The translations under genes were made by a program, and so were the position numbers. Below, one piece after another: positions 24,309-37,839 of a stretch of 64,000 nt of DNA (position 1 is the stretch's first letter; every line of letters starts with the position of its first letter). The notes beneath the pieces were generated by a model. The model made no database searches and was not told the DNA's origin. It was given only the letters and a program-made list of their open reading frames with translations. Origin of the DNA: Chiloscyllium plagiosum (taxonomy: Eukaryota); the NCBI RefSeq assembly GCF_004010195.1, contig NC_057719.1, positions 28,932,556-28,996,555 of the forward strand, written 5' to 3'.

Positions 24309-27300
24309 GGCCCTCATCACATGTTGCCCAAAGCAACCGAGCGATTAAAGCGGGAATGACTGCAGAGCGCTGGCAAGCCGAGCGGTCGCTTGAATGTGAG
24401 GGCAGAAGACTCAGCCCCAGCCCCTGCAGCCATGCGGCAGGTCAGGGTGCGTGTTGGGGCTGCGGGGTTATTGTGTGACCATGGCGAACCTATGATCTCG
24501 CCATTTAGACACAGACGCGCACTCTTCCCGCATAAATAGTGGTCCCTGTAACTAGATCCTGGCCTTATGTACAGCAAGGGTTGAGCGGCTTATTTCTTCC
24601 GGAAATTGGTCTTCAAGGTATTATCACGGTGTAGCGGCGGTGAATGTGGAGGCGTTTTACACAATGTGATTTCGAATTGTAAGATCAGAAAGCGGTGATA
24701 ACTGCTCGGTTCCAACGCGGTACCAGTGTGGTGCGGTTGAACATACACCTTGCAGCTCCCCGGAGTCACACAAAGTGTGACCTGGCTCCCAGGTGGTCGG
24801 TCCTGATCAACGTACCACTGAAGTAAAGGCAAGCTTGAAAATGTACCCCGGTCAGAGCTGTCTTCATGAATAAGTTCAGATCAGATATCCGTCACTTGCT
24901 CTGGTGACCTTGCTCTCGCTTTAATCGGGCTGTGCCGGGGCTGTACAAAAATATCTGCAAAACAGCACAAGTGCCTCTTCATTCATGGGATAAAATGGAG
25001 GGGTCGGGAGGGAGAAGGTAGCGTTTCCCTTTCGCCCTTCTTCTTGGTTTTCCGGGAAATCAAAGAGTATGCAATTTCCCGATCTTTTACTTTCCGTACT
25101 TGAAATATCGATTTTTTTGTGTGTGTGAAAAAATACATGAGCCGTGAGCAAGCTGTAATTTGAGGCGAGATGGTACCGCAGAGAGACACAGGAGTGCAGT
25201 GGAGCTTCAAATGTCATAGAGCAACAAAGACATTTAACTCTTCTCAGAGACAAAGTAGCTGCAATGTGTGTAAAACTGGGCTTTCGTTAATCCTCATTTG
25301 TGGCGGTAACACCGGGGAAAGAGTTTAAAAAGGCGTTACCGCAAATGTGTCCGCTTTTACTCACAACTGACCAGTGGAAATCTCCAATCTGCGGGAGACT
25401 TAATTAACTACATTGGGCAGTAAATAACAAACATTCGGCTAATGGTTTGGGACAGGGCTCTTTCGGAAAACAGGTAGATTAGATGTTTTAAAGGGCTGCA
25501 CATGAACATCGTCTTAGCCCCATGATAGAATGCTTCAGGGAACACTTGACAGAAACATACAGCCTGTCTGCTCGCTCTCAATTTGAAAATCCAAAAGGTG
25601 AAGCGGAAGGTTTAATTGGCGAAGTGCCAGTTACATTAAAATTAGAATTTACTTTGACGTGCCAGCCTCTGGGTGAGTGCATTCGGTATTGATTTAAAGG
25701 GTGTTAATGGGAATATACTTGATCAAAATCCTTAGTGAGAAAAGGAGCATTGTTATGAGGGTGAGGTGCACTCGTTACATAGAGAACCTAAACATTTCTG
25801 CAACTCAAAATGATCTGTCTCTATGCAGAAGGAATTACTGTACCTCTGTCCACATATTCTGCCAGACATCCTGACATTCTCCAGCACTTTCTGTTTTAAT
25901 TTCTATTTATAGTGACATACTAAGGACAACACCCTTAACATCAGAAACGCATTGCAAGCTGCATATCCAGTTTAGTGCAATGCCTGTTACTATGTTATTC
26001 ATTCGTGAAAGTAGTTGAGTGTGGGATTTACATCTGTATCTATTGTGGTTCACTGTTTTACTGTGATTCAGTTCAAAATTGCCCACAGTTCAGTCAATGT
26101 TACAGAGTAGACTTCCTCAGACATGCTGAATGTCGCAGAACAAAATTCTGAACTTCGACTCACTTCAAATGCGAGAATAAACTTTGTTTGCTGAGGTACT
26201 CAATCAATCAGCAATTGTTGCTAACGTTTCCGAGACGACCAATTAATAATCAGAGCGAATCCGAACCCCAGCATGCATGGTAAACAGCATACTTAGAAGA
26301 GTGGTCTGTTTTGGACCCATTTTTACTTAGCAGCCCCTTTGCCTAGTTGGATTTGGCCAGCGAGTTAAATTTTCATTTTCTATCTGGCGGGGTTTTAAAG
26401 CCAAGAAGCAACCTTGTACTGGGGAAAAAAAAAATCTGAATTAGGCTGCATTTTCATAAGTATGTATTATTCCGAAGGAAGGGCCTCAAAAAAGGACAAC
26501 ATTGCGTCAAAACTATGTAGGAAGTTAAAAAATGAAGCGGCCACTGATTTGATGCAAAGATTGTACTAAGGTCTCCACTGCATAAAGAAGTGAAATTATA
26601 TCCTTGTCTGATCAACTAAATGCGACAAAAAGTGTGCACTTTCAAAACCAATATTCTTACGATGTTATTTTCACAAAGGATTTATTGAAAATCGGTGCTA
26701 TTTGTAATCGCTGTTTTTTTTATGAATGGCCAACTTTTTAAAAACACGACAGATATTGACTTACATTTGATGTATGCATCTGTCTTAAAGAACTCAAAAA
26801 AAGGGGAAGAGAAGGGATAGTGTTCACTTACCAGCATTTTAAAAAGAGGAAACAAGGGACAAGCTAAATCATTATTACTACCTGTTCTTACCGTGAGCGA
26901 TCACCTGTTAAAAGGTCATGAATAACAGATAGATCTCCATCTCCTTTTCTTAAAAAAAGGGCCATTTGTTCAGTGACAGCTGATTGACAGGCTCTGAAAC
27001 ACGAGCTCGTGGGTCTGGCTGATTTGAGGATAAAACTCTGGATGTCCCCTCAAACATTTCAGGAAATGAAAGTTGTAACTCGATCCGTTCAGCCAACATC
27101 TCCCGGAGCAAACACAAAGACTGACAGGAACCTACCCGGATTATTCTGCAGCTAGATGGCGGAGACAAAACAGCCGTCACATTGAGCAGAGAGCTGGCAG
27201 CCTGCTCCCACATTTATTAGAAATGTCTGTCTAAGCAGCCCTTTAAATGGGTCAACATTTTCGTAAGTGTACAATAAGCACTTTTCATCCCAAAAATAAC

Positions 27301-30300
27301 ATCCCTTTTCAAATATGCGCATTGCTCACAGAATTCTGTTTGCCGTATTTCATAGCCAACAACGCCTACCACGTGATCTTCGAGGAGTTCAAAATGAACT
27401 CCATCTAACCATATTTTTTTCCACAGCATAACAGCTTTGTAAGCTAATGAAAGTTGCTTGGCTCCTCAGTTGCAGAATGTCCCTCACTTTATCTCATTAT
27501 CATGATCATGTTCTATTGCTACACATTTATATCTGCAACGTGCTGCCACAATGATAATGAATCATCACTTACTTCACCAGCAATGTCAGAATGAGCTTCC
27601 ACAAAACCATTGTCATATCTACTTGCCGATATAAGCTACAGAGCCGATCTAATCTCTGTTACAATAGGTAAAGTCAAGTTTCCATGTCTACATATGCATT
27701 TGTATGTGGAGCAATGAGTCACACAGCACAATGCATAAACTATTCTCGAATTAAATAATCATTAATAATTCAACAGTGAATGGCACCTGTAAAAGATGGC
27801 CTATATCAGCTTTCTGTCTCTGTTTTAAGTTAAAATAGGGAAGCAGTTTACAAGATGTTGACAATAGGAACCATTCCTATACCCAGATGTGCTGATATAT
27901 ATTTGCAGCATCCAGAACATCGTTAATATAGCTGGGTTTGAATATTAATCGGTCATTTAAGTAACATCAATTTCAAAATACATATTGAAGCCACTACATT
28001 GCAATGAACTAGGTTCAAAGTCGTTAAGTACATCAGGCAAAATTATTCAATTACAAACCCACATACGTGTGGGAAGATTTATCAAAGTTGGGAAGGATAT
28101 GCATTTAATTCTAACTCAAGCATTGAGTATATTCGTCAAACTTTAAACTGTACATGGTTAAATGGGCCAAAGACATTTTTTCGGAATTGAACAGCAGTGA
28201 AATCTGACCTGACTAGTACCTAATTGTGACATCTTGATATTCAATGAAAGGCACACTAATAACTCTATTGGGTGTTCTGTTTCAGGGAAGTGGTAACAGG
28301 GTGCTTAGAATGACTCAGGGACAACGGAAAAAAATAGGAACCATCACATTGCGTCGGGAATATTAATTAACCCCCCTTACAGACAGAGTTCATAAGATTT
28401 TTTGCTATAAAGTGAAACAGCAGAAGCAAATCTGTTGCAAATTACACGCCTCAGCGATTTCTGAAGCAAATTGAGTTCTAACCAAGGTGAGAGTTTTATG
28501 ACGACACTAGCAGTCGTTTCAAATTTGTTTGTAACACCGACATTCCCATGATTAGACTTTTACAGGCGATGCGGGAGTCATTAAACAGGAGTCCAATCAT
28601 CGGGATCTTGCAGTCCATACTTCTTTTTCCAAAGGAGTCGGCCTCAGCGTAGAAAGTCTATTTGAGAAGAAACAGAATCCTGCGTTCATTTTGCAGAGGA
28701 ATATCATATGTTTGCGGAGTTAAAACATCGTTGTTAAATCCAGTTTTGCACAGTCCTGCACATCCACATTTAATCTCTTATTGTACCTTTTCAGGTAAGA
28801 CCTAACATTAGATTCTTTCAGAAACTCGAATTCATGCATTTGTGCATACGCCACTCCAAAAAAATTAAGTGCAAAAATGCTGTTTTTTTTAAAAAAAAAT
28901 ATTTTGAATTACACAAATACATTTTAAAACTGAAGTCCAGCTATTTCAATTTTCGTCTTCTCCTTTTCAGATATCTTTGTTTCGAAGCATCTTTACAACC
29001 TTAGAGTCGAAGGGAAACGAATATATTTCTCTCGGCTCCACATCATTTATCGTTAAATGTTGGTGGTATTTCAATAGAAAGAATCCCAATTGGTCGGCTT
29101 GAAGTTTTGGACTCAGGTTGAACCATGATGTTCACTGCACGATAACACAAATATTAACCCGTTCCCTCCTAAACGACGACATGCACGAACCATACTTTAA
29201 TCTCAATGTTAAGGAGATGTAATTTTACATTGGAAACAAGTTTAATGAAAAATATTAAGTCCTCCAAATACACGCGTAAACTCAAACAGACGACGCAAGG
29301 CTCATCAAAAGTATTCTGAGATGTAAGGAAATACTTGTGTTTTAAAAAATCGTCACATTAACGATGTTCAATGCAATTATGGTGTGGGGCATTCGTTTCA
29401 CATCGGCTGCTTTCCGCTTCTCCCAAAACACAAGTGAAAACAGTCCTTTCCAATGTTATTTCTAACTCAGTAATTGAATTATTTCCGCCGCACAAATCGC
29501 AGAATAATACCTAGATTTTTAAAAAAGGGAAAAGGTGTGGAAAATTAATGATGTTCCCAACTCTCCCCCCACCCGTCTGAGTTAATTTTATACTCCATGT
29601 CAATTCATGCTGGGATTTGTAATAATTTAATAATCGACTTCTCTTACACAACCTACAGAGCACTTGGGCTCAAACGGGCGCCAATCCTCGAGACTGGGTT
29701 TGATAGCTCGGAACTGCAAGCCCCGGGAAGCACTGGCAGCTCAATTCTGAGGATCGAATGGATCACTCCCAGTCTGAAGGCCCCTCATTCATTAATGTGG
29801 GGGATTGTATTCCCTTCTGGGCCTTGTGGAGAAAAATGCACCCACAAGGCGGGAGCAGGCCTCAGCTCAAAGCCTGACCTCCCTGTGTCGGTGGTGCAGG
29901 GTGAAGAAGTTTTAATCACATTTGTACAGTGGTGTATTTATTTTGACACGGTCTTCCAGTGCTTTTACCATCTTCACGTCCCAGACAATTAAATTGTTTC
30001 AGGAACAACTTCGAGATGTGACGTGGCAGCCCCACTTTTAAAATGATTTTCAATGGAAGAATTTTACCAGGTACATTTTTAAGCCAAGTTCAGTTTGTGT
30101 GTGAACGGGGCAAATAGGGCCCTCATCCTCCACGCCAGACTGAGCTAACCTTAATCATGTTTAGTATTGCCCGGGGGAGTAAGTGAGCCCAATATGTCTG
30201 CAAACTAAAACTCACAAGCAAGAGGTCGCTGGTTGATTAATGAAGATATTGCACTGAAATTGTCTGGAAATTGGCACTTAATTTGCAGATCTTTTCCGTG

Positions 30301-30671
30301 AAGAGGGAGACAGCATTAAGGGACTCATTCTCGAGCTCTCTCAACAAGCTTGCACAGGCGAGTTACCGAATGGCCTCCCTCTCTGATCTAAGACCCTAGG
30401 ATTGTTTTTAATGGGTTTCTTTTAGTCGGGTAGCTAGAATGTTGTCGCTTAGGGTTCTGGACTGCACTTTCAGAATCTTGATTTGCTTTGCCCGTGTTAT
30501 TTTCTCTTTCCCACTTACAACGGTATCGAAGACTCCAGAATATTCAACATCGTCAACAGGGACTTTTACTCTGGATTAACCTTGCACGTCATCTTTAAAA
30601 CATGCCTTACAGCAACAGAGACTCCGCTATCCAGAGGGATTGTTGTCGGTTAGTCTTTTAACAGACAGATG

Positions 30672-30685
30672 GTGCCATCTCGTGG
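30672..30685 (-). promoter_or_regulatory. CTCF-like binding motif
   Basis: Minus strand reads CCACGAGATGGCAC against consensus CCASYAGRKGGCRS (1 mismatch). Lies at the 3' edge of the transposon-poor domain. Confidence 0.55.
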
Positions 30686-30719
30686 TTTGCTCGGTAATCA
30701 CAGACAGGGCGCACTCTTA

Positions 30720-30850
30720 AAAAATCACACAACACCAGGCTTAGTCCAGCAGGTTTATTCGGAAGCACTGGTCTTCGGAGCGCTGCTCCTTCATCAGGCG
30801 TATCCGTAACCAACTTTATACATCCCAGTTCAACACCGCCATTTCCAAAT
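30720..30850 (-). mobile_element. Short repeat (probably Penelope-derived, second family) with hammerhead-like motif; partial copy at 19801-19860
   Basis: aaaatcacacaacaccagg...gtcc..cag.tttatt.ggaagca is shared by both copies. Minus strand reads CTGATGA A GGAGC AGC GCTCC GAAG. Confidence 0.6.
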
Positions 30851-31779
30851 CACACTCAACGTGTAATCAAGCTTGAACCCTGCAAGTTAACGAAAATTTA
30901 TGCGTGTAACGAGCATCCCGTTTGACTCATGTCTTCTTTCGTACCCCCATGAGTGTCCTTACATCAACACATACGAAATAAAATGTCTTAAATTGTGTTC
31001 AATATATGCAAAAATATATCCAATCAACTTAAAAAAATGAATCCTCCATAGGTTTCTGATGGAAAGTTTTGGATTTTAACACTGGATTTTTAACAGCATT
31101 TTATTTACAAAAGCATTGAGTATTGTTAATCAACCGGTTGAAGTACATTTGCTGGCCAAGCGAGACTTGAACCCAGACTTCACAAGCAGGGACCACTACC
31201 ACTGCACTACACAGCATTGTATACTTAATAATTACTTCGTGAACTTTGTATACTTAATAATCAGTGCACTTAAAGAAGTCGGAATTAATTATCTTTGACC
31301 TTAGGTGGTATGTCATTAAGAGAGTATTATTGTTATAGTTTTGTCACAATCAATGTACCTAACACAGTTAATGTGTGATTTATTAATTGTGTTAAGCATA
31401 ATGTAGAACACTTAGGCTAAATGCATGGGGTGAATTAAGTATTGTGAATCCAGGAATTGATGGAAAACGATTGGGATTTGCTAGGAACAGGCTATTCAGC
31501 TCCTCAAGTCTACTTTCTATTTAAGCAGATGTTCATACTTCAGTTTCATTAACCCACATTTGATCCCTGTCTCTCTACAATTTTGACTTATTTCAGTTTT
31601 GAACACTTGAGATGTGTCCTTTCCAAGATGAGAACTTTATTCCTTCACTGCTCTTAGTGTGAAAAACTGGTTCCTGATTTTTTAGATTGTCTTCTAAATT
31701 GTCAAGCTGTAATTTTCAGATTCTGGCCTCTTGTTCTTAATTTTCCACAGCCAAGTCTGGACAATCCCACTCAGATAAA

Positions 31780-33060
31780 GGATGGAGAAGGGCCATCGGA
31801 GGAGGATGGTGTGTCAAATATGTTTAAAGCTTTTGGAAAGGAAGGGGAAGTTTGCAAGGAAAGATAAATCATGTTTTTTTTTCTGAAGGGGGAATGATGA
31901 TGATTTCAAAGTGAGACGCTAGCAGGTGAAGTAAAGAAACCATTTAGAAGATCAGTCAGTATTAGAGGCGGGTTGAGACGTTGGATGATACAGACTTCAG
32001 CAGGAATGGGACAAAAGGAAGGGATCACAAAGAGAAAGAATGCTGAGTGAATTCTATAGAAAGAAGTGGACACAGGGCTACAGAGATGCTTTGATGGGAA
32101 ATGGGAGATGGAGTCAGCACTAGTAAGGAAAATGGATAATACAAATCTGAAATCATTGTTTGATGTTGGAGGTAAGGGTGGAAATGGCAAAGGAAAGAGC
32201 TTAAGGAGATGGTTGGTGACAAAGAAAATAAGTTGGGGATTACTTTTCATTTTCATTGTGATCCTGGAGTAATAGATCAGTATTGGCTGAGAAGAGTGAG
32301 GTGAAATATAATATCTAATGAGGTTCAATGATACCTTGTTGTGTGGCAGACATGCTCAAATTTGAGTCTGTTGACCTCAAGGAAGTGCAGGTGTAGATCA
32401 AAGTAATGGAAACAACTGGGATGGGCAAGTGGAAAAGTTTTACTGGAGACAAGAGTCTTAAAGGTAAGAGTAAGACGGCATTTAAGTAGATTGACATTGG
32501 CAGAAGATTTGTGGTGAAAAAGAGTGCTGGCAAAAGACATTTAGGAGTTTGAAAGAATAATTGTAAGTAACTTGGTAGAGAGTTTATTCCAGGATTAAAT
32601 GTAGGAGGAAGTGGGATTTGGAAGTAAGTAGGGCATTAGGAGTAATGTAGGATAGAGATGGCTTTGTCTGTGATCCATATCACACGAGTAGCGAATCCAC
32701 TTGAGATGCAAGGATCACCTTATTGGATATGAATAAGAATTGGAGATTTTAGATGGAGGGAAGGTTTAGGAAGGACGGAAGGTTACTGAATTCAGAGGAT
32801 AGAGGACAATATGACTTGACATGGTGATTGAAGTCATAAGGATGAGGAGTTGCACATTGCAGAGGCTGAGACAGGGAAGAATGAAGGATATGTGTGAGCT
32901 GGGTTGAAATTTGAATATGCCATAATAGACAGTGGGGATCCTAAATGAGAGCTAAGAGTGCTGGAACAAAGTGAGAATTCAAGACAGGAGGATAGACTAT
33001 GCCAGGCAGGTACAGGAAGAGACCAAATGGTGGTTTTTATGGAGTAAATGCTTGAGGGGA
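31780..33060 (-). mobile_element. Highly decayed L2-like LINE
   Basis: Strong purine bias on + (C/T-rich sense strand typical of L2) and degenerate ORF2-like remnants; no intact frame. Confidence 0.5.
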
Positions 33061-34228
33061 GGCTTCGGTCAGAGTCAAATTACTGTTTTACATAATATCT
33101 GTATGGTTAGCTACTGTAAGGTCCTTACTCATGGATGTGTTGATACATATCTGATATTTTCTATTTAGTCCTCTGTTCAACAACCCAGATAACTGCACCT
33201 TGGGAATTGCCATACAGTGCTACTATTATACAAAGTTCTGGATTCTCAAACTGATATCAATAATGCTGCATTAATCCTACAATTGTCTGACAGATAAGCC
33301 CACCAGGTTATTCTTCAGCAAATATGGATCGCAAGAAATGGAAACACCTCCTTGTTGTATACCTTCTTTGTCTCATACATTCTGCATTCCATCACTTTTC
33401 TTATTTTGGGCAATGCATTATATATCTGGAGACCCATATGCTATTGTAAAACACAGAATATCCACTGACAATCTTAGAATAAATAAACTTTATATTGGTG
33501 CTTTTGAGATAGTAATATTACTGCTGGAAGATCTCCCGTTTGCATGTTAAATTGTTCTACTTGGAAGAGAGTGAGTTTCCTTTACAACCTTCACAAAAGA
33601 TGTATAATAAAACTAATCTCATGAAGATTTCAGACCTTCCCATAATGGAGTAGTTCAGTGATTTAAATTGAATTTGTTTTGGTTCACTGAAAGCAAGAAC
33701 TAAATCAAAAACATTTATTTTAGACTGTCCACCATTTTATTTTTTAATGCAAACTCTTGAAGTAATGCCAGTGATAGCACGCAGATCCCTGGTGTTAGTC
33801 TCAGTTGATGAATACGTGAGAGAAATTTCACTACTCATTATTAAGCCCCTGACAGATTAGTTTCGATATGCAAATGTACTTGTCTGAGAAAGATGTAGGA
33901 ACAAAACTTTCAAAACCATATCAAGTCAGAGAACAAAGACCAGCAAAATTGTCAGAAATTAAGTTAAGTACACCCAATAAACACTTTAAAACTCTCATGC
34001 TACCATGACTGGCATATTGTTTGCAATAAACACGACTCTTGGATCAGCAACCAACGCACAAATTATAAGTGAGATGATTGTGAAATTCAAAAACATTTTT
34101 TAAGTTGACATCATGGGTCAGCTGCTGAGGATGTAACTAAAAATAAACAAGAGAATGAAGCTGCACCATTGTGAGTGCTCATTTCATGCTGGGTTATTGA
34201 TCCCTTTCAATTTGATATTTACCAGTTA

Positions 34229-34790
34229 TAGAGTCAAAGAGTCACCCAATCGTATAGCACAGAAACAGACTCTTCAGTCCAACAAGTCCACGCCGACTAT
34301 GTTCCCAAACTAAACTAGAACTACTTTCCTGCGTTTGGCCCATGTCCCTCCAAACCTTTCCTGTTCATGTACTTATCCAAATGTTTTTTAAATGTCGTAA
34401 CTGTACTTGCATCTACCACTTCCTCTGGCAGTTCATTCCACACACTAACCATCTCCGTGTAAAAAAGTAGCCCCTCCTGTCCTTTTAAATCTTTCTCTCT
34501 CACCTTAAAAGTATGCCCCCTAATTTTGAACACCCCCATTCTAGTACCTTTGCTACTCACCTTATCTAAGCCCCCTCATGATTTTATAAATTTCTATTTG
34601 GTCAACACTCAACCTCCTACACTCATGTAAAAAAAAGTCCCAGCCTATTCAGGGTATTTTAATAACTCAAACCCTTCATTGCTGGTAACTACTTGGTAAA
34701 ACCTTTCTGAACCCTCTCCATTTAATAATATCTTTCCTATGACAGGGCGACCAGAAGTGCACAGAGTACTCCAGAAGAGGCTTCCTGAAG
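34229..34790 (-). mobile_element. CR1 LINE 3' fragment
   Basis: RGHTFKV and VWNELPEEVVDA..TFKKHLDKYM motifs; CR1 tail at the left end. Confidence 0.85.
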
Positions 34791-35824
34791 AAGCCTGAAA
34801 TCTCATAAATTAAAGTGTGACTGTGTTGTTGAAAATGTAAATAGGTTTCCTTTATTCAAATGCAATGAAGAAGAAAACTCACAGGTGCAAAGTGATTTAA
34901 TCCTTTAGTATTAAGAGTGAAATTAAAGAAGCATGTGCTTAAAGATGTTTTAGAGCGTTGAAAGGAGGGTTTTTATTCACTAATACAGGCACAGAAAAAC
35001 GTTCATGTGCAAACAAGTGCCAGCTTGTGTTTCCAGTTATTGGCAAGTCCACAATACATAGGCTGCCGTAACATGATAGTTGGGTGTTCTGAAACATACA
35101 AGGAATTAAATGAAAGAAACCAGAGATTCAGAATCCACAAGAAACTATTTAATAATTACAACAGTAGTGAATCTGTTTAAAATTAACAAAGAAAACCAGG
35201 TGACCTAACAAGGAATGAAGTAACAGAGAGACAATAAACAAGGGCTGGTATCTGTTTTTAAAATTTTTTTCTGATGAATATAATTTATGTTTAGTCCTTG
35301 CTCGGGGTCCTTTTTAGCTGTTAGTTTGTTACCTACAAAACACACACTACAGTTCTTAAATCTCCTGCTATTTCTCAGGGGCTTTTCTGGTTATAAAAGA
35401 AAATGAATACTTATTGCTACCATGCTTTGACTACATTAAGATTTATCCGGGCTGACCATTTACTTCTGACAAAAAGCTGGAAGTCAACAGAAGTGACATG
35501 CTGCCCACCTAAAAATGTATTTGGGAAGCTCAAATTATTTTCAGTAAGATTCCCAAGAAAAAATAACCTTCAATTCAGTGGCATGAGTGTGTTTTTCTGG
35601 CGCAAATGGAGATATAGTAATCCAATCAGGGCATGTGGGCTCATCATCAATAACATATTATCAAACTGGCAAAGCATATTACCACATTGATAAAGACAGA
35701 AAAAGAGGCTCCTGGGTCTTGTCTTTAAACAGCTTGGATAGTTTCAGGAAAATTTGGCCCATATGTAATTTAAACAGCCATTTTCAAACTATGATTCTCT
35801 ATAAACATTTATGGTTGCTTTGAA

Positions 35825-36450
35825 CACAGGAATATACGAATTAGGAGCAAGCCTGGCCACTCCAGCCTGTTTCATCATTCGGTAAGATCATGACTGATCT
35901 GTTTGTAACCTTAACTCCACTGTTATGCTTACTCTTGATACATTTTTACTTCCTCTCTGGACAAGAATCTATCTACCTGTCCCTTAAAAATATTCAAAGA
36001 TCTGTCTCGACTACTCTGTCGGGAAGAGAATTTAACCATCTCAAAGAAAAAAATAATCCTCATCATCTCTGTTTTAAATGGGAGATTCCTTATTTTTAAA
36101 CTAAGTCCTCTAGTGCTAGTCTCTGTCTCACAAGAGAACATGTTCTTTCAGCATTTCCCTTCAGTATCTTATATGTTGCAGTAAGATCACTTTTTACCAA
36201 ATTCTAAAGATACAGATCCAATCTTTCCTCTTGGGTTATATCCTCATCCCCATAAACAGCCAAGTGAACCTTCTCTGAACTGTATCTAATGTAATTATGT
36301 CCTTTCTTAAATAGGGAGATCTAAATGGCACAGTTATCTAAATATCTACCAAATGTTACAAAACATTCCTACTTATATGTACCATTGCCTTTGCAATAAG
36401 TGACAACATTTAATTTGTCTTCCCAATCATTTGTTGCACCTGCATGCTCA
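35825..36450 (-). mobile_element. Older CR1 3' fragment
   Basis: STRGLSLKIR..FKTEM and SLNIFKGQVDRFL remnants. Confidence 0.7.
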
Positions 36451-36512
36451 CTTTTTATGATGCAGAGTATGATTATTTTGAGCACAGTTAAATTGCACAA
36501 GGTTGAAACTTT

Positions 36513-36596
36513 ATTGCTGGAACAGCACAGCAGGTCAGGCAGCATCCAGGGAACAGGAGATTCGACGTTTCGGGCACAGGCCCTTCTTCAGGAATT
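36513..36596 (-). mobile_element. Penelope-derived short insertion with best-preserved hammerhead motif
   Basis: Minus strand ATTC CTGAAGA A GGGC CTGT GCCC GAAA CG TC GAAT. Confidence 0.75.
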
Positions 36597-37839
36597 GCAC
36601 AAGCCATAGGATAGATATTGGCTCTCTTCTCTGCCTTCATATTTAAATTATGATAATCTGTAATATCAGGGAGAACAGAAACTCCCATGGAGTGAAGAAC
36701 AAAATCTCACTTGATCTTGATTTTCAGTATGAATATATTTGTGAAGGGAGGACCTCACAAGCCTTCTTTGGGCTTTTAGCCAGGAGGTATCTGTCAGGCT
36801 ACCACTCAGATAACTGGCAGCCAAGCATTCATAGCAGTGTTGTTTTTTTGATCCTCTGATGTTGATTCCTCCTATGGCATGTTTTAAACACAAACTAAGC
36901 TAATAAAAATTTCTGCACTTTCATTCAATATTAGAAAAGACATGTATTTAATTGGTACCCCAAGCTACTTCAGTCCAGGTTATTCCTCAATTGTTAATTG
37001 TGAAAGCAAATAAGCTCTTCAAGGTTCCTGTTGCAATTAATTGCTGCTCCTTCTTCAAAGTGAAATACTTTACATTCAATGTATCTGTTGGATTGTAAAG
37101 AACACATGGCTGAGATTGTTCTAATTTTCTGACTTTCTCATTACTGGGTATTTTCATTAGAAATGCAGGAAATAAGGAATAAGCTATTAGCAGAATGCCC
37201 GTCATGATAGACAGTGAAATTCATGGTGTATGTTCTTGATCTTGTCATGACAGAAGAATCCAGGTCAATGCCAACTGCACCACAAGGCATGCATGCTTTT
37301 GCATTCCATTCCATCAAATGTTGCCTTTTGCGCAATCCCATAAAACAGGGATTTTGCACAATTTATATATATATTTGGATAATGAACTTAATGATTGATC
37401 ATCTAATGAAGAATACAAATCTACCATTTTGTCAAATTTTTCATGACAAGATAGCACATTAACATCAAACAGAACAGTCAACCTCAGTTATTGCAGAACT
37501 GTCCTGGCTGGAACACACTTCCTGTTCTTCTGGAATTTAAAGTTGGGAATCAACAGCAGCTGTTGCTTCCAATCACTGCTACAGATCTGAATATAGTACG
37601 CTGACAAACAACGAGCACACATTTTATTGCAGATGTCATCCACATTGCATGATTTTGTTTTAATGGGAAATAAATTCAGTTGGAATATACGCCTGTTCCA
37701 GAATCTTTAAAGGTACCAATTAACTGTGCTTCAAAATCTGGTAACCCTTGTATTTCAGTATAGACTGCTTCAGTACCTAATCACAAAGAACATGTAGAAA
37801 GACTAACTAATTCAACTGTAAAATATAATTTTCAAAAAT

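Noticed and set aside
19600..30000. Short ORFs downstream of SIX1 as additional genes (e.g. SIX6 or SIX4 exons)
   Set aside because: No SIX domain, homeodomain or other recognisable protein motif; the neighbouring cluster genes are not in this window.
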